The notes under the pieces are model-generated. The model did no database searches. It worked only from the letters and a program-made list of their open reading frames with translations, and was not told the origin of the DNA. This document shows positions 8,647 through 18,739 of a stretch of DNA of 48,952 nucleotides, piece by piece. Position 1 is the first letter of the stretch, and every line of letters begins with the position of its first letter. The translations under genes were made by a program, and so were the position numbers. The DNA comes from an uncultured Clostridia bacterium (GTDB lineage: Bacteria; Bacillota; Clostridia; Oscillospirales; CAG-272): the NCBI GenBank assembly GCA_904501865.1, contig CAJGCF010000002.1:1-48952 (forward strand), read 5' to 3'.

Positions 8647-9441
8647 TTATGCATTTGACGATGCCGTAAAATATGTACCGACGTGCTTTCCGTCAAGTAA
8701 TGCATACAATATCTCGGGATCGCTACCGTTCATAATGAACATAGGTATTCCGTTATCCGTAACCATTTTTGCGGCGGTAAGCTTTGCTTCCATGCCACCC
8801 GTACCTCTGTCGGTTCCAGCGCCGCCTGCGAATCCAAGAATATCGTTTATGTTCTCTACTCTTTCGATGAATTTCGCGTTTACATCTTTTCTCGGATCAC
8901 TGTTATAAAGGCCGTCCACGTCCGACAGGTTTATCAGAATATCCGCTTCGCAGAGATTAGCTACGTGAGCGGAAAGGATATCGTTACCTCCGAATTTTGT
9001 GAGCTCATCAGTGGAGACTGCGTCATTCTCATTGACTATCGGTATGCAGCCCATATCCAACAGAGTGTTGAATGTGTTTTGTGCGGCGGTGCGACGCACG
9101 GGGTTATCTATGACGTCCCGTGTCATCAATATTTGAGCGACCTTGTGTCCGTAGTCTGAGAAAAATTTGTCGTATATCTTCATGAGCTCGCTTTGACCTA
9201 TCGAAGCCATTGCCTGCTTCTCTTCGAGAGACATAGGTCTGTGACCAAGAGCGGATTTTGCTATTCCCGCGCTTACCGCGCCCGACGAGACTAAAACTAT
9301 CTGCTTGCCGGTGTTCTTGAGATCAGAGAGAACCTTGGCAAGAGTTTCAATACGTCTGAGATTTAACTGTCCCGTTGCATGAGTAAGGGTAGATGAGCCG
9401 ACTTTTATTACTACTCTATGGCATCTTTGAAACAATCCCAT
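8647..9441 (-). CDS. proB: Glutamate 5-kinase (short form without PUA domain)
   Basis: VVIKVGSSTLTH, VLVSSGAVSAG, PIVNENDAVS and GIGTGGM-like motifs are present. I prefer the ATG at 9441 (MGLFQRCHRVVIKVGSS) over the TTG at 9471. No proA is adjacent. Confidence 0.85.
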   Translation of the reverse strand: MGLFQRCHRVVIKVGSSTLTHATGQLNLRRIETLAKVLSDLKNTGKQIVLVSSGAVSAGIAKSALGHRPMSLEEKQAMASIGQSELMKIYDKFFSDYGHKVAQILMTRDVIDNPVRRTAAQNTFNTLLDMGCIPIVNENDAVSTDELTKFGGNDILSAHVANLCEADILINLSDVDGLYNSDPRKDVNAKFIERVENINDILGFAGGAGTDRGTGGMEAKLTAAKMVTDNGIPMFIMNGSDPEILYALLDGKHVGTYFTASSNA

Positions 9442-9618
9442 AAAAAATCTCACTTTCCAAAAAAATTTCAAAAAAACCCTTTAAATATTTTTAATTTTGT
9501 ATTATAATAGTATAAGGGGGATATAAATATATCTTTCGGTTTTATTATACAATAGTTTTTCCCCTTTTTCAAGTACATTTTTAAAATAATTAAGTTAAAT
9601 ACATATCGGAGGAACAAT

Positions 9619-10167
9619 ATGAAGCAGAAATACACACTTTCTATCGCAGACGTTGAATTAAACGTTATAGTTGACGAAGCGCCCGAGACGGTAGACCGCA
9701 TAGTAGGAATCCTTGACAGAAAAATGAGGGAGATCCTGCTACGCAGTAAGCAGTGCCCCAAAACTCAGGCGGCGCTGTTGTGCGCTCTTGATTTCTGCGC
9801 GGATAAAATGCAGCTTAAGGAAGAGGTAGCAGGACTTAAGGATCAGCTCGAGGGCGTTTCAGATGACCTCAAGAAAACTCAGGATATGCTTGCGCGCGAG
9901 CAGAGAAAAAATCTTGAAATTGAAAAGGATAAGGCAAGAATTGAGATAGAAAACGCAAAGCTGAGAGCAATAATTGAGACTGCTAAGGCAAACAATCAGG
10001 CTCCCGCAGAGGATATTGAGAGTATTGCCGCGGAGGCTGCACAGGTCGTTGAGCAGGAGGCACAGAAGGCTTCGGTCGCTGAGAATGTTGTCATTGCAAA
10101 AAAGAACAAGACTTCTAAAAGCAGAGTAGGCTCTATGTTTGATATGCTCACCTTTAGTGACATCTGA
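9619..10167 (+). CDS. zapA: ZapA-like cell division protein with a coiled-coil C-terminus
   Basis: 182 aa with a GGAGG RBS. The N-terminus YTLSIADVELNVIVDEAPETVDRIVGILDRKMREI...AALLCALDFCAD fits the ZapA fold pattern. The rest is heptad-rich and Lys/Glu-rich. Confidence 0.6.
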   Translation: MKQKYTLSIADVELNVIVDEAPETVDRIVGILDRKMREILLRSKQCPKTQAALLCALDFCADKMQLKEEVAGLKDQLEGVSDDLKKTQDMLAREQRKNLEIEKDKARIEIENAKLRAIIETAKANNQAPAEDIESIAAEAAQVVEQEAQKASVAENVVIAKKNKTSKSRVGSMFDMLTFSDI

Positions 10168-10174
10168 CGTTAAA

Positions 10175-12226
10175 ATGAAAAATAAGAATTTGCCTGAACT
10201 TTTGAGCCCTGCGGGCTCTCTGGAAGCGTTTATGGCAGCAATAGACGGAGGCGCCGACGCTATATATATGGGAGGCGCCTTCTTTAATGCACGAATAAAC
10301 GCCAAAAATTTCTCGCCTGACGAGATGTTATATGCCGTCCGCATGGCTCATACATACGGAGTAAAGGTATATCAGACCGTCAACACTATGATCTATGATA
10401 AGGAGATGCGCGATCTTCTTTGTGAAGCGGAGCATTCGGCAAAAGCAGGGATCGATGCTTTTATCGTGTCGGATCTTGGAGCGGCATCACTCCTGCATGC
10501 CTATCTGCCCGAGATGCCCCTTCACGCAAGCACACAGATGAGTATTCATAACGCGGAGGGAGCCAAGCTCTTACAAAAATACGGATTTACAAGAGTTGTC
10601 CCCGCGCGCGAGCTTTCCGCGCAGGATATCAGCTACATGGTTGAAAACAATCCGCTTGAGGTGGAGATGTTTATTCACGGAGCGCTTTGCGTAAGTCATT
10701 CGGGACAGTGCTTATTCTCCTCGCTCGTCGGAGGACGGAGCGGAAATCGTGGTCTTTGTGCCCAGCCTTGCCGATTGCCATATTCCTGCGGCGGACAGAA
10801 GGCGGTTGACAAATATCCCCTTTCCTTAAAGGATCTTTCACTTGCCTCGCACGTGACTGACATTATAGATAGTGGGGTTGCCTCGCTCAAGATAGAGGGA
10901 AGAATGAAATCTCCTGAATATGTAAAAGGAGTGACGTCTATCTGGAGAAGGCTTCTTGACGAAGGCAGAAATGCCGACAAGGAAGATATGAGAGAGTTGT
11001 CTGAGTTGTTTTCACGGGGTGGATTTACAGACTCATATTATACTCGCACTATCGGGCGGGGTATGCTTGGAGTGCGCTCCGACGAGGACAAAAAAGCCTC
11101 GCGTGAAATCGAAAAATTTAAAAAAATAGAGCGCAAGGTTCCCGTGGATATGCACGCTGAATTTTTCCTTGGAAAGCCCGCAAGATTAACCGTTATCTGC
11201 AAAGACAAACAGGTTTGTGCTTTGGGCGGCGTTCCCGAGGCAGCTATTAACGCCCCCCTTGATGAACAAAGTGTTAAAAAAAGTCTTTCTAAGCTTGGCG
11301 ATACGTTTTTTGCCTTAAACAAGCTTGACTTAACACTGGACAGTGACGTAATTATGCCGATATCCGCGCTCAACGCCTTACGTCGCGACGCAATAGCAAG
11401 GCTCACGGAGCTTATGGATCAGAACCCCGAGGTGAATCCTCAGGAGATACCCGAAAGTGTTACTCAAAAGCGTCCCATAAGACGAAACGTCGGAAGATTT
11501 ATCTCTGCGAGTCAGATAACCGATAAGGCAAGAGAGTTTTTTGATGTGACAATCCTCCCCTTAGATAAATTTATATCGGAGGGAGAGGGTGTCGACGGAT
11601 TTTATATGCCTACCGTGATATTCGATTCGGAATACGACGGAATAAAGGGATTAATAGCACGCGCGGTAGAAAAGCGGCCTCAATTTGTGGTAATTTCAAA
11701 CGTGGGGCAGATAAGCGTTATAAAAGAAATGCTTCCGGATGCCAAGCTGATAGCTGATTTCAGATTTAATATCGGAAACCAAAGCTCCGCGTGCTTCTTC
11801 GAGCATTTGGGCTTTGATAGTTTTGTCCTCTCTCCTGAGCTTTCACTGCCTCAGATAAGGGATATAGGTGGAGCCAAGTCTGCAATAGTATATGGCGGGA
11901 TCCCTTTGATGACGTTGGAAAAGTGTGTCATCAAGGAGCTCTACGGAGATAGGTCGTCGTGCGATATATGCCGTGGTGGAAAGGCAGAAATGGTAGATAG
12001 GAGAGGATTTGTGTTCCCTGTCATACGTGAGTTTTCACATAGAAACGTTGTGCTCAACAGCCTGCCCACATATATGTCGGACAGACAGGACGAGCTTGAA
12101 GCGGCAGGAATATTAGACAGGCATTTTCTATTTACAATCGAGTCATCCTCCGAAGTGGACAAGGTGATCTCTGATTATCAAGAAAAAAACATTCCGACGC
12201 AAAAGGTACGCCGTATTGCAAAATAA
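10175..12226 (+). CDS. U32 family peptidase-like protein
   Basis: PELLSPAGSLEAFMAAIDGGADAIYMGG is the typical U32 N-terminus, and the conserved E-x-F-x-H-G-A-L-C-x-S-x-S-G-x-C motif (EMFIHGALCVSHSGQC) is present. I prefer the ATG at 10175 over the ATG at 10139, which overlaps zapA. Confidence 0.85.
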   Translation: MKNKNLPELLSPAGSLEAFMAAIDGGADAIYMGGAFFNARINAKNFSPDEMLYAVRMAHTYGVKVYQTVNTMIYDKEMRDLLCEAEHSAKAGIDAFIVSDLGAASLLHAYLPEMPLHASTQMSIHNAEGAKLLQKYGFTRVVPARELSAQDISYMVENNPLEVEMFIHGALCVSHSGQCLFSSLVGGRSGNRGLCAQPCRLPYSCGGQKAVDKYPLSLKDLSLASHVTDIIDSGVASLKIEGRMKSPEYVKGVTSIWRRLLDEGRNADKEDMRELSELFSRGGFTDSYYTRTIGRGMLGVRSDEDKKASREIEKFKKIERKVPVDMHAEFFLGKPARLTVICKDKQVCALGGVPEAAINAPLDEQSVKKSLSKLGDTFFALNKLDLTLDSDVIMPISALNALRRDAIARLTELMDQNPEVNPQEIPESVTQKRPIRRNVGRFISASQITDKAREFFDVTILPLDKFISEGEGVDGFYMPTVIFDSEYDGIKGLIARAVEKRPQFVVISNVGQISVIKEMLPDAKLIADFRFNIGNQSSACFFEHLGFDSFVLSPELSLPQIRDIGGAKSAIVYGGIPLMTLEKCVIKELYGDRSSCDICRGGKAEMVDRRGFVFPVIREFSHRNVVLNSLPTYMSDRQDELEAAGILDRHFLFTIESSSEVDKVISDYQEKNIPTQKVRRIAK

Positions 12227-12234
12227 AGCAAGAA

Positions 12235-12271
12235 ATCAACCCGCTCAGAACTTTGAGTGGGTTGATTTTTG
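12235..12271. terminator. Bidirectional terminator between the U32 gene and sdaA
   Basis: ATCAACCC (12235-12242) pairs with GGGTTGAT (12259-12266), with inner CTCA/TGAG pairing. A T-run follows. Confidence 0.6.
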
Positions 12272-13477
12272 TTATTCGTGCTTATAAAGCTTTGCAAGAC
12301 CGCCCTCGCTGGTTTCTCTGTAAAGGCGAGAGAGGTCAATTCCCGTCTGATACATAGTTTCAACAACAAGGTCAAAGGATATCTTTCTGCTGTCCGAAAG
12401 GAAATTTGCAAGGCTGAGCGCGTTTATTGCTCTCATTGCCGCTACCGCGTTTCTCTCAATACAGGGTATCTGGACCAATCCACACACCGGGTCACAAGTA
12501 AGTCCCAAGTGATGCTCAAGAGCTATCTCCGCAGCATATTCTATCTGATCGATGCCCATTCCGTAAAGCTCCGCAAGTGCCGCGGCCGCCATAGAGCACG
12601 CTGTACCGACCTCTGCCTGACAGCCACATTCAGCTCCACTTATCGAGGCGTTAGTAGCAACTATATTTCCAACAAGACCCGCAACTGCGAGCGCTCTGAT
12701 GATGTCGTTCTCTGAAAATGAGTTTTTCTCCTCCATATATTTGAGGACCGCGGGCAAAACTCCGCAGGATCCGCAGGTTGGAGCGGTCACGATAAGACCG
12801 CAATCGGCATTCTGCTCGCTAACGGCAAAGGCGTAGGCGCAGACTATTCTGTTTTCTCTGGTCTGGGGACTCTCGTCAATGTGCCTTTGATTGTAAAGCT
12901 TTTGAGCCTTTCTGTCAAGCTTGAGACCACCCGGAAGAACTCCTGTGTGGATAAGCCCCTCCCTGATAGACAGTGACATAGTATGCCATACGTCTCCAAG
13001 AAAGTGCTTAAAGCCCTCGCCCTCATGTTCAAAAACGTAGTCCGAAAGTCTGATATTCCTGCTCTTACAAAGCTCGGCTATTTCGGTAAAGGACTTCTCG
13101 GCATATATTTCCTCAGCCTCGTCTACGCCCTCTCCGTCAATTCGGATTTCTCCGCCGCCTATGGAGAAAAAACGCATTTTTGCGTATTCTTCACCGCGCA
13201 AATATCCGATTATATCCATAGTGTTTGGGTGATCAAGGTGAAGAGAATCGTCACTGTTGAATATTATCTCGGTGGGATAACCTGACAGAACCTCGTTGAT
13301 AGCGCGATCGGTTCCGTGTCCTGCCCCCGTTTTTGAAAGAGAGCCGTATAGGACGACCTTTATTTTATCTGCGTCAGGATATCGGTCAATAAATTTTTGT
13401 GCGGCAAACGCGGGTCCCATAGTGTGTGAGCTTGACGGGCCGATACCAACCTTGAAAATGCTTTTTACAGATCTCAT
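12272..13477 (-). CDS. sdaA: L-serine ammonia-lyase (iron-sulfur dependent, single-chain type)
   Basis: 401 aa. The N-terminus SIFKVGIGPSSSHTMGP and the Cys cluster region CGSCGV...AECGCQAEVG are typical of Fe-S serine dehydratases. AAGGAG RBS. Confidence 0.85.
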   Translation of the reverse strand: MRSVKSIFKVGIGPSSSHTMGPAFAAQKFIDRYPDADKIKVVLYGSLSKTGAGHGTDRAINEVLSGYPTEIIFNSDDSLHLDHPNTMDIIGYLRGEEYAKMRFFSIGGGEIRIDGEGVDEAEEIYAEKSFTEIAELCKSRNIRLSDYVFEHEGEGFKHFLGDVWHTMSLSIREGLIHTGVLPGGLKLDRKAQKLYNQRHIDESPQTRENRIVCAYAFAVSEQNADCGLIVTAPTCGSCGVLPAVLKYMEEKNSFSENDIIRALAVAGLVGNIVATNASISGAECGCQAEVGTACSMAAAALAELYGMGIDQIEYAAEIALEHHLGLTCDPVCGLVQIPCIERNAVAAMRAINALSLANFLSDSRKISFDLVVETMYQTGIDLSRLYRETSEGGLAKLYKHE

Positions 13478-13598
13478 AATTTCTCCTTGCGTTTGAGATT
13501 AATAAGATTATGCCATACAAAATAATTATATAGCAATATTTAAGGAAAGTCAAGCGGCAGGCGATAGATTTTTGCATTAAGTGATTTATACACATAAT

Positions 13599-13624
13599 AA
13601 AAAAGGTCGACCGTGAGATCGACC
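13599..13624 (-). terminator. Intrinsic terminator downstream of jag
   Basis: On the minus strand, GGTCGA-N8-TCGACC (13624-13605) is followed by TTTTTT. Confidence 0.6.
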
Positions 13625-13633
13625 CGTTTTGTG

Positions 13634-14284
13634 TTACTTTTCCTCAAGGAAAATAACTATTTTTCTGTTGTTTTCCGAGCCGATAGAGTTGGTGGAAACA
13701 CCTGCTATATTCTGTATCTCGGAGTGGATTATTCTTCTCTCGTAAGGATTCATAGGCTCAAGCATAACGCTCTTTTTCTGCTTGAGGACCTTGTCTGCCA
13801 TTCTTCTTGCCAGAGCTCTGAGAGTTTGTTCTCTCTTTGCGCGATAGTTCTCTGCATCGACAGTGATCTTTACGTAAGCAGGCTTGGAGCCGTCTATCTT
13901 TTTGTTTGCAGCGAGATTTGCAAGATACTGAATACTGTCAAGAGTGTCTCCGTGATGACCGATGAGAACGCCTGCGCCCTCTCCTGTAATGTCTATGAGC
14001 TTGGAGTTCCTATCGGAGTCCTCAACGTCCTTGATCTCAACAGTCACGTCAAGCCCCATATCTGCTACGAGCTGCTTTACAAAGTTTAATGCCATAGAGG
14101 CTCCCTTGTTTGCTACTGTTGCTTTTATTTTTGCCGGGGTAGCACCAATTCCGAAAAGTCCCTTTTTAGGCTCGTCGATGACTGTGTATTCTACGTCGTC
14201 CTTGGAAGACAAGCCGAGCTCATAGGCTGCCGCAAGAACTGCCTCGTCTATGGTCTTACCCGTTGTTATGATTTCTCTATTCAC
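13634..14284 (-). CDS. jag: Jag/KhpB RNA-binding protein (Jag_N, KH, R3H)
   Basis: 216 aa with a GTG start and an AGGAG RBS. The C-terminal R3H motif is LEPMNPYERRIIHSEIQ. It sits immediately downstream of yidC, as in the canonical cluster. Confidence 0.85.
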   Translation of the reverse strand: MNREIITTGKTIDEAVLAAAYELGLSSKDDVEYTVIDEPKKGLFGIGATPAKIKATVANKGASMALNFVKQLVADMGLDVTVEIKDVEDSDRNSKLIDITGEGAGVLIGHHGDTLDSIQYLANLAANKKIDGSKPAYVKITVDAENYRAKREQTLRALARRMADKVLKQKKSVMLEPMNPYERRIIHSEIQNIAGVSTNSIGSENNRKIVIFLEEK

Positions 14285-14322
14285 GATATATCTCCTATTG
14301 TTGATTGAATTATTTGTTAGCC

Positions 14323-15714
14323 TTAGTCTTTCTTGCCTTTTTTTCTAAAAATGCCGGGCTTCGAGCTTCCCTTGTCCGCCTCATCCTTGAGAGCTGCTCC
14401 CTCGGTCATAGAGTTCTCCTGAAGCTTTTCATGTGTTTCCTCAGTGTTGTCCTCGGATTCTTCTACATTCTTAGGGCAATAGTTACCCTTTTCGTCGTAG
14501 TCCTCGTCGTCGATATGATGCAAGGAGCGAACCTTTCCTGCGTTTGCGGATTTTTGTATCTTTTTGGGTTGCTTTCCGAGCAGTTCCTTCTCAGCTGTCT
14601 TGTAATCCTCCTCTGTGAATTTAGGCAGAGGCATAACGCGACTCATAATAAACTGCTTGACCGTTCCGAGAATGCTCTTGAATACCCAATATATACCTAC
14701 CGCGCCGGGAACGATAAAGGTCATCCATACGCTCATGAGGGGCATTGTAAAGTCCATCATGCTGTTGGAGCAGGCTGCTTGCCTGTCCTCAGTGTTCTGG
14801 GTGGGCTGATAAGAGAACCTTCTGCTTATTTTCATGCTAAAGAAGTATACGAAGAAAGTTATTACCGGTATCGCAAGGAGCCAATACTGCACGTTGTTTA
14901 TGGGGGTGAACGAGGGTGTAAGTCCGAGATTAAGCGGGCCTACGTTGAAATTCGCCTGAAGTGCGTCGATCTCCTGGATCTTGGCAAAAACAGCGTCTCC
15001 GTTTGCACAGAAGCCCTTTATGCCCTCGAATGCCTCGGGACCGAGATCCTTGATTCTGCTGAGTATCTCAATAGAACCGTTGGTGGATGCGAGTGACTGT
15101 CCGAGACCGCCTATCTCGGGAGACGCGGTGATATAAGAGTAAATGACGCTCGTCAGATCCCTCGACATATGGCATACGTACTGGATAGGATCTACCACTA
15201 TCCAATAAAGCACAATGAGTATCGGGAGCTGAATGAGCAAGGGGAGACAACCGCCCATGGGGTTGAAATTTTCTTTTTGATAAAGCTCTTGGATCTCCTG
15301 TGTGACCTTTTGTTGAGTCGCTTGGTCATTTCTTCCCGCGTATTTTTTACGTATAGCCATTTCCTTAGGTCTGAGCTTTGCCTGTTTTATGGAGTTCTTC
15401 TGCTGCTTTACAGAGAAAGGAAGCATAACGATCTCAAGAATAATGGCAAACACAAACAAAGTCAGAATATAGCTGTTTGCGGGCATTACCTTGGTTATCC
15501 AACCGAGGAACGTACCTATCCAAGAGAGGAGCTTGTCGAGAAAGCCTGTAGACTGTTCAAGATTTACAGGCGTATCCTTCCACGCTGTGGGGTCTTCCTT
15601 GACCGTTATTACGGTATTGCTTCCGCAGCTTGACATGGCAACGGTTAGCAGTGTCAGGAGTGCGAGAAGAATCGCTATCTTCGGCAAAATTCTTTTTAAA
15701 GTTTTTTTGTTCAT
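14323..15714 (-). CDS. yidC: Membrane protein insertase YidC/Oxa1 (lipoprotein type) with a long charged C-terminal tail
   Basis: I prefer the ATG at 15714: MNKKTLKRILPKIAILLALLTLLTVAMSSCGS is a lipoprotein signal with a lipobox. The YidC core is present (QQKNSIKQAKLRPKEMAIRKKY, NPMGGCLPLLIQLPILI). The 60-aa extension in the ORF track would overlap yidD. Confidence 0.9.
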   Translation of the reverse strand: MNKKTLKRILPKIAILLALLTLLTVAMSSCGSNTVITVKEDPTAWKDTPVNLEQSTGFLDKLLSWIGTFLGWITKVMPANSYILTLFVFAIILEIVMLPFSVKQQKNSIKQAKLRPKEMAIRKKYAGRNDQATQQKVTQEIQELYQKENFNPMGGCLPLLIQLPILIVLYWIVVDPIQYVCHMSRDLTSVIYSYITASPEIGGLGQSLASTNGSIEILSRIKDLGPEAFEGIKGFCANGDAVFAKIQEIDALQANFNVGPLNLGLTPSFTPINNVQYWLLAIPVITFFVYFFSMKISRRFSYQPTQNTEDRQAACSNSMMDFTMPLMSVWMTFIVPGAVGIYWVFKSILGTVKQFIMSRVMPLPKFTEEDYKTAEKELLGKQPKKIQKSANAGKVRSLHHIDDEDYDEKGNYCPKNVEESEDNTEETHEKLQENSMTEGAALKDEADKGSSKPGIFRKKGKKD

Positions 15715-15730
15715 TACGAAATTAGTCCTC

Positions 15731-16084
15731 TCATTCGTTGTTATTTTTTGTGGACCTCTCAGTGCAGTCGTCGAGCTTGAGATCATAATTGAATACGAAT
15801 CTGTCCTCATCGTTACTGCAGTCATATAAGTTATTCTTGTCCTTCTCACCCTTTTGATGTCGTAATCCTGTGAGCGGTACGGGGTCGTATCCACCTGCGC
15901 AAAACGGATTGCACCTGAAGATACGCGTGACCGTCAGTATGATTCCGACGAAAAAGCCACGTTTCTGAAATGCCTCGAGGGCATAGGCTGAGCATGTAGG
16001 AGTAAATCTACAGCAGGGTTTCGATTTAAGAGGGGATAAGAACTTCCTGTAAAAGCGGATAAGAGCGATACAAATGTGTTTCAT
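15731..16084 (-). CDS. yidD: Membrane protein insertion efficiency factor YidD (with about 45 aa of extra C-terminus)
   Basis: [36 protein letters not shown] is the YidD signature. Its ATG overlaps the rnpA stop (ATGA at 16084-16081). Confidence 0.85.
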   Translation of the reverse strand: MKHICIALIRFYRKFLSPLKSKPCCRFTPTCSAYALEAFQKRGFFVGIILTVTRIFRCNPFCAGGYDPVPLTGLRHQKGEKDKNNLYDCSNDEDRFVFNYDLKLDDCTERSTKNNNE

Positions 16085-16494
16085 TTCGATTCCTTGTCGA
16101 ATGACGCGCGAGTGCTTTGCGCCTTGTCGGCAAGCATATCAAGCTTAGAGAAGGCATATCTCATCTCGGACGCGATGTCCGTACTTTTCTTTCCGTATAT
16201 CTCAGGCTTTGCGCTGATGACGACAAGATATCCCTTGATAAGCTTGTCCTCAAGAGTGGCATACGCCGCCCTGATAATGCGCTTTGCTCGGTTTCTTCTG
16301 ACCGCTCCTCCGACCTTTTTGGAAACAGAAAGCCCCAATCTGTTGACTAGCTTTCTTTCGGGGTGCTGCGCTCTTAATCTTTTGGCGTGAATATCCTTCA
16401 ATACGTAAACGCAGATATATCTGCCGAAAAAATGCTTTCCCGTGCGATAAGCCTTGTTATAAAGATGATGCTCTTTGATAGCAGGAAATTTCAT
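16081..16494 (-). CDS. rnpA: Ribonuclease P protein component
   Basis: 137 aa and basic. [24 protein letters not shown] is the RnpA RNR motif. It sits downstream of rpmH. Confidence 0.85.
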   Translation of the reverse strand: MKFPAIKEHHLYNKAYRTGKHFFGRYICVYVLKDIHAKRLRAQHPERKLVNRLGLSVSKKVGGAVRRNRAKRIIRAAYATLEDKLIKGYLVVISAKPEIYGKKSTDIASEMRYAFSKLDMLADKAQSTRASFDKESK

Positions 16495-16741
16495 TTTCGT
16501 TCTCTCCGTAAACCTTGTGTGTCGCTTCCGTTGTGTTTGCCTATATATTTTAGGCTTGTCCGAATACTTTTTATATAGTCTTCGCGAAATAAATAAAATT
16601 ACTGATATTTACAAATCTGTCAGCAGATGTAAATTTCCCCAAAACGCTAAAAACCCCGATGACGTTCATACAAGGATACCTTAAGATACTGTCATCGGCG
16701 GTTTTTATGTTATTACCAAAAATGTTGGAACAACTTTTTGA

Positions 16742-16876
16742 TTAGTGGGTCAATCTCTTTCTGCCCTTTGCACGGCGTCTCTTGAGAACAGCTCTGCCGT
16801 CTGATGTTTTCATTCTCTTTCTGAAACCATGCTCTTTTTTTCTCTGACGCTTTTTGGGTTGGTAAGTTCTGAGCAT
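16742..16876 (-). CDS. rpmH: 50S ribosomal protein L34
   Basis: [44 protein letters not shown] (44 aa) starts at the ATG at 16876, with an AAGGAGG RBS. The longer ORF in the track is an upstream read-through artefact. Confidence 0.95.
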   Translation of the reverse strand: MLRTYQPKKRQRKKEHGFRKRMKTSDGRAVLKRRRAKGRKRLTH

Positions 16877-16987
16877 TTTTTGCACCTCCTTGAGTAATAG
16901 ATCGGAAGCGTTAGTCAACGATCCCGTACTGCACGGGTCGAAACAGCACAAAGGCTATTTTTACGCTTTTACACAATGACATCCTAT

Positions 16988-17017
16988 ATTATACACGATT
17001 GCATAAGGGTTTGTCAA
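16988..17017 (-). promoter_or_regulatory. Sigma-A type promoter for rpmH
   Basis: On the minus strand: TTGACA (17017-17012), an 18-nt spacer, then TATAAT (16993-16988). The roughly 105-nt leader contains a small CCCGT/ACGGG hairpin. Confidence 0.5.
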
Positions 17018-17103
17018 GAAGTTTTTTTAAATTTTTTCCAACTTTTCAAAAAATGTTGGCTTTTAAACAAAAAAACATAAAATTCAAGATGGGATTTGAT
17101 CAA

Positions 17104-18552
17104 TTAGTTGGGTATTTTCGAGATTATGCGCTTATATACGATTATAAAGAACGTTACGCTGATCGCGGCAGATGCTATTTCTGCCATGGGGAAGGACCAC
17201 CAGACCAAGTCGATGTTCCCCGACAATGATAAGAGGAAGGCCACGGGAATAAGCACTACGAGTTGACGCGCGATAGATACAAACATTGAGAAAATGCTCT
17301 TTCCAAGTGCCTGGAAAACCGATCCTATCACTATACATGCTCCTGCGAAAACAAAGGACAGTGAAACGGTCCTCATACATGGAATAGCTACCGCAACGGA
17401 TTCGGGGTTGGTCAAAAATATTCCCACCAACATATCGGGGATGGCTTGGAACAGGGCAAGACCTATAAGCATATATCCCACGGCATACGCGGCGCCAAGC
17501 TTTGCCGTGCCGAGCAGTCTTTTGCGCTTTTGAGCTCCATAGTTGTATGCTACGATAGGAACTATGCCGTTGTTAAGACCGAATACGGGCATAAAGATAA
17601 AACTCTGGAGCTTGAAGTAAGCACCGAATGCGTTTTGAGCATATTTTCCGATAGGATCTCCAAAGGAATTGAGTATTCCGTTGAACAGCACGTTCATAAC
17701 AGAGCCTATGGACGCCATAATGATAGACGGTACGCCTATAGCGTATATTCTTCCTATCAGCTTGCCTGAAGGTCTGAAGCCCTTAAATGATAGGTGTATC
17801 TCCTTGTTGAACTTGGAGTTGAGGAACAACGCCACAACGAACGCGAGTATCTGACCTATAACGGTAGCTATTGCTGCGCCCGCAAGTCCGAGCCCAAATC
17901 CGAAATCCAGCCCCCAGCTGTCGGGAAGCAGAGACCCTATTCCGTCGGGGAATATGAATATCGGGTCTAAGATTATATTGGCAATAGCACCTATTCCCTG
18001 CGTTATCATGGCAAGATGAGTTTTGCCGGTGGATATCATTAATCTCTCCATAACTATCTCGCCGAATATTCCGAAGGAAAAGATATAACAGATAGACAAA
18101 TATTGCTTTCCAAAAGCGATGACCTCAGTATCGTTTGTCATCCAGCCCATATACGTGTCCATACACGTAAATCCAAGCACGAGGAATACGATGTAGCTAC
18201 AAAGCGCAAGGAACACTCCGTTTGCCGCCACGGTGTTTGCGAGCTTGTGGTTTTTCTCGCCCAGGCTCTTTGAAAGCAGAGCGTTGATGCCTACTCCCGT
18301 GCCTGTTGCTACGGAAATGAGGAAGCTCTGTGCCGCGAACGCCAAGGATATGGCGGTAAATTCATTTTGCGTTTCCGAAATGCTTGCTACGTAGAGGCTA
18401 TCTACTATGTTATATAATGCCTGTATGACCATTGATATTACCATAGGTATCGCCATTGAAAGCAGCAGTTTATTTATCGGCATTGTGCCCATTTTGTTTT
18501 CTTTTATATCCGCGGGTGCGCCTGCCGTTGCAAGTTGTTTTTCTTGTGACAT
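17104..18552 (-). CDS. MATE family efflux transporter
   Basis: 482 aa with about 12 predicted TM helices. The N-terminus MPINKLLLSMAIPMVISMVIQALYNIVDSLYV is typical of MATE/NorM-like proteins. Confidence 0.85.
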   Translation of the reverse strand: MSQEKQLATAGAPADIKENKMGTMPINKLLLSMAIPMVISMVIQALYNIVDSLYVASISETQNEFTAISLAFAAQSFLISVATGTGVGINALLSKSLGEKNHKLANTVAANGVFLALCSYIVFLVLGFTCMDTYMGWMTNDTEVIAFGKQYLSICYIFSFGIFGEIVMERLMISTGKTHLAMITQGIGAIANIILDPIFIFPDGIGSLLPDSWGLDFGFGLGLAGAAIATVIGQILAFVVALFLNSKFNKEIHLSFKGFRPSGKLIGRIYAIGVPSIIMASIGSVMNVLFNGILNSFGDPIGKYAQNAFGAYFKLQSFIFMPVFGLNNGIVPIVAYNYGAQKRKRLLGTAKLGAAYAVGYMLIGLALFQAIPDMLVGIFLTNPESVAVAIPCMRTVSLSFVFAGACIVIGSVFQALGKSIFSMFVSIARQLVVLIPVAFLLSLSGNIDLVWWSFPMAEIASAAISVTFFIIVYKRIISKIPN

Positions 18553-18684
18553 TTTTTCTCCTATCTTGTGAATTTATCGAAATTCGTCAAATTTCGTGCA
18601 ACAGGATATATAATAACATATTATTTCAAATATGTCAACTGCATTTTTATGAGAAATAATGCGGGCAAAGATTTAAGAACGCAC

Positions 18685-18713
18685 TTGACTTGTTCCTCGC
18701 CAAATGATATAAT
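18685..18713 (+). promoter_or_regulatory. Sigma-A type promoter for holA
   Basis: TTGACT (18685-18690), a 17-nt spacer, then TATAAT (18708-18713), preceded by a TGn extended -10. Confidence 0.55.
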
Positions 18714-18739
18714 TATTGTGTAACGAAAGGGGGGATATT

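Noticed and set aside
15715-15894. N-terminal extensions in the ORF track for yidC, and similarly for rpmH (16877-16951), ahcY (39805-39849), transketolase-N (24838-24867) and the 754-aa protein (25648-25698)
   Set aside because: In each case an internal start gives the conserved N-terminus or signal peptide and has a proper RBS. The extensions overlap upstream genes, promoters or leaders.
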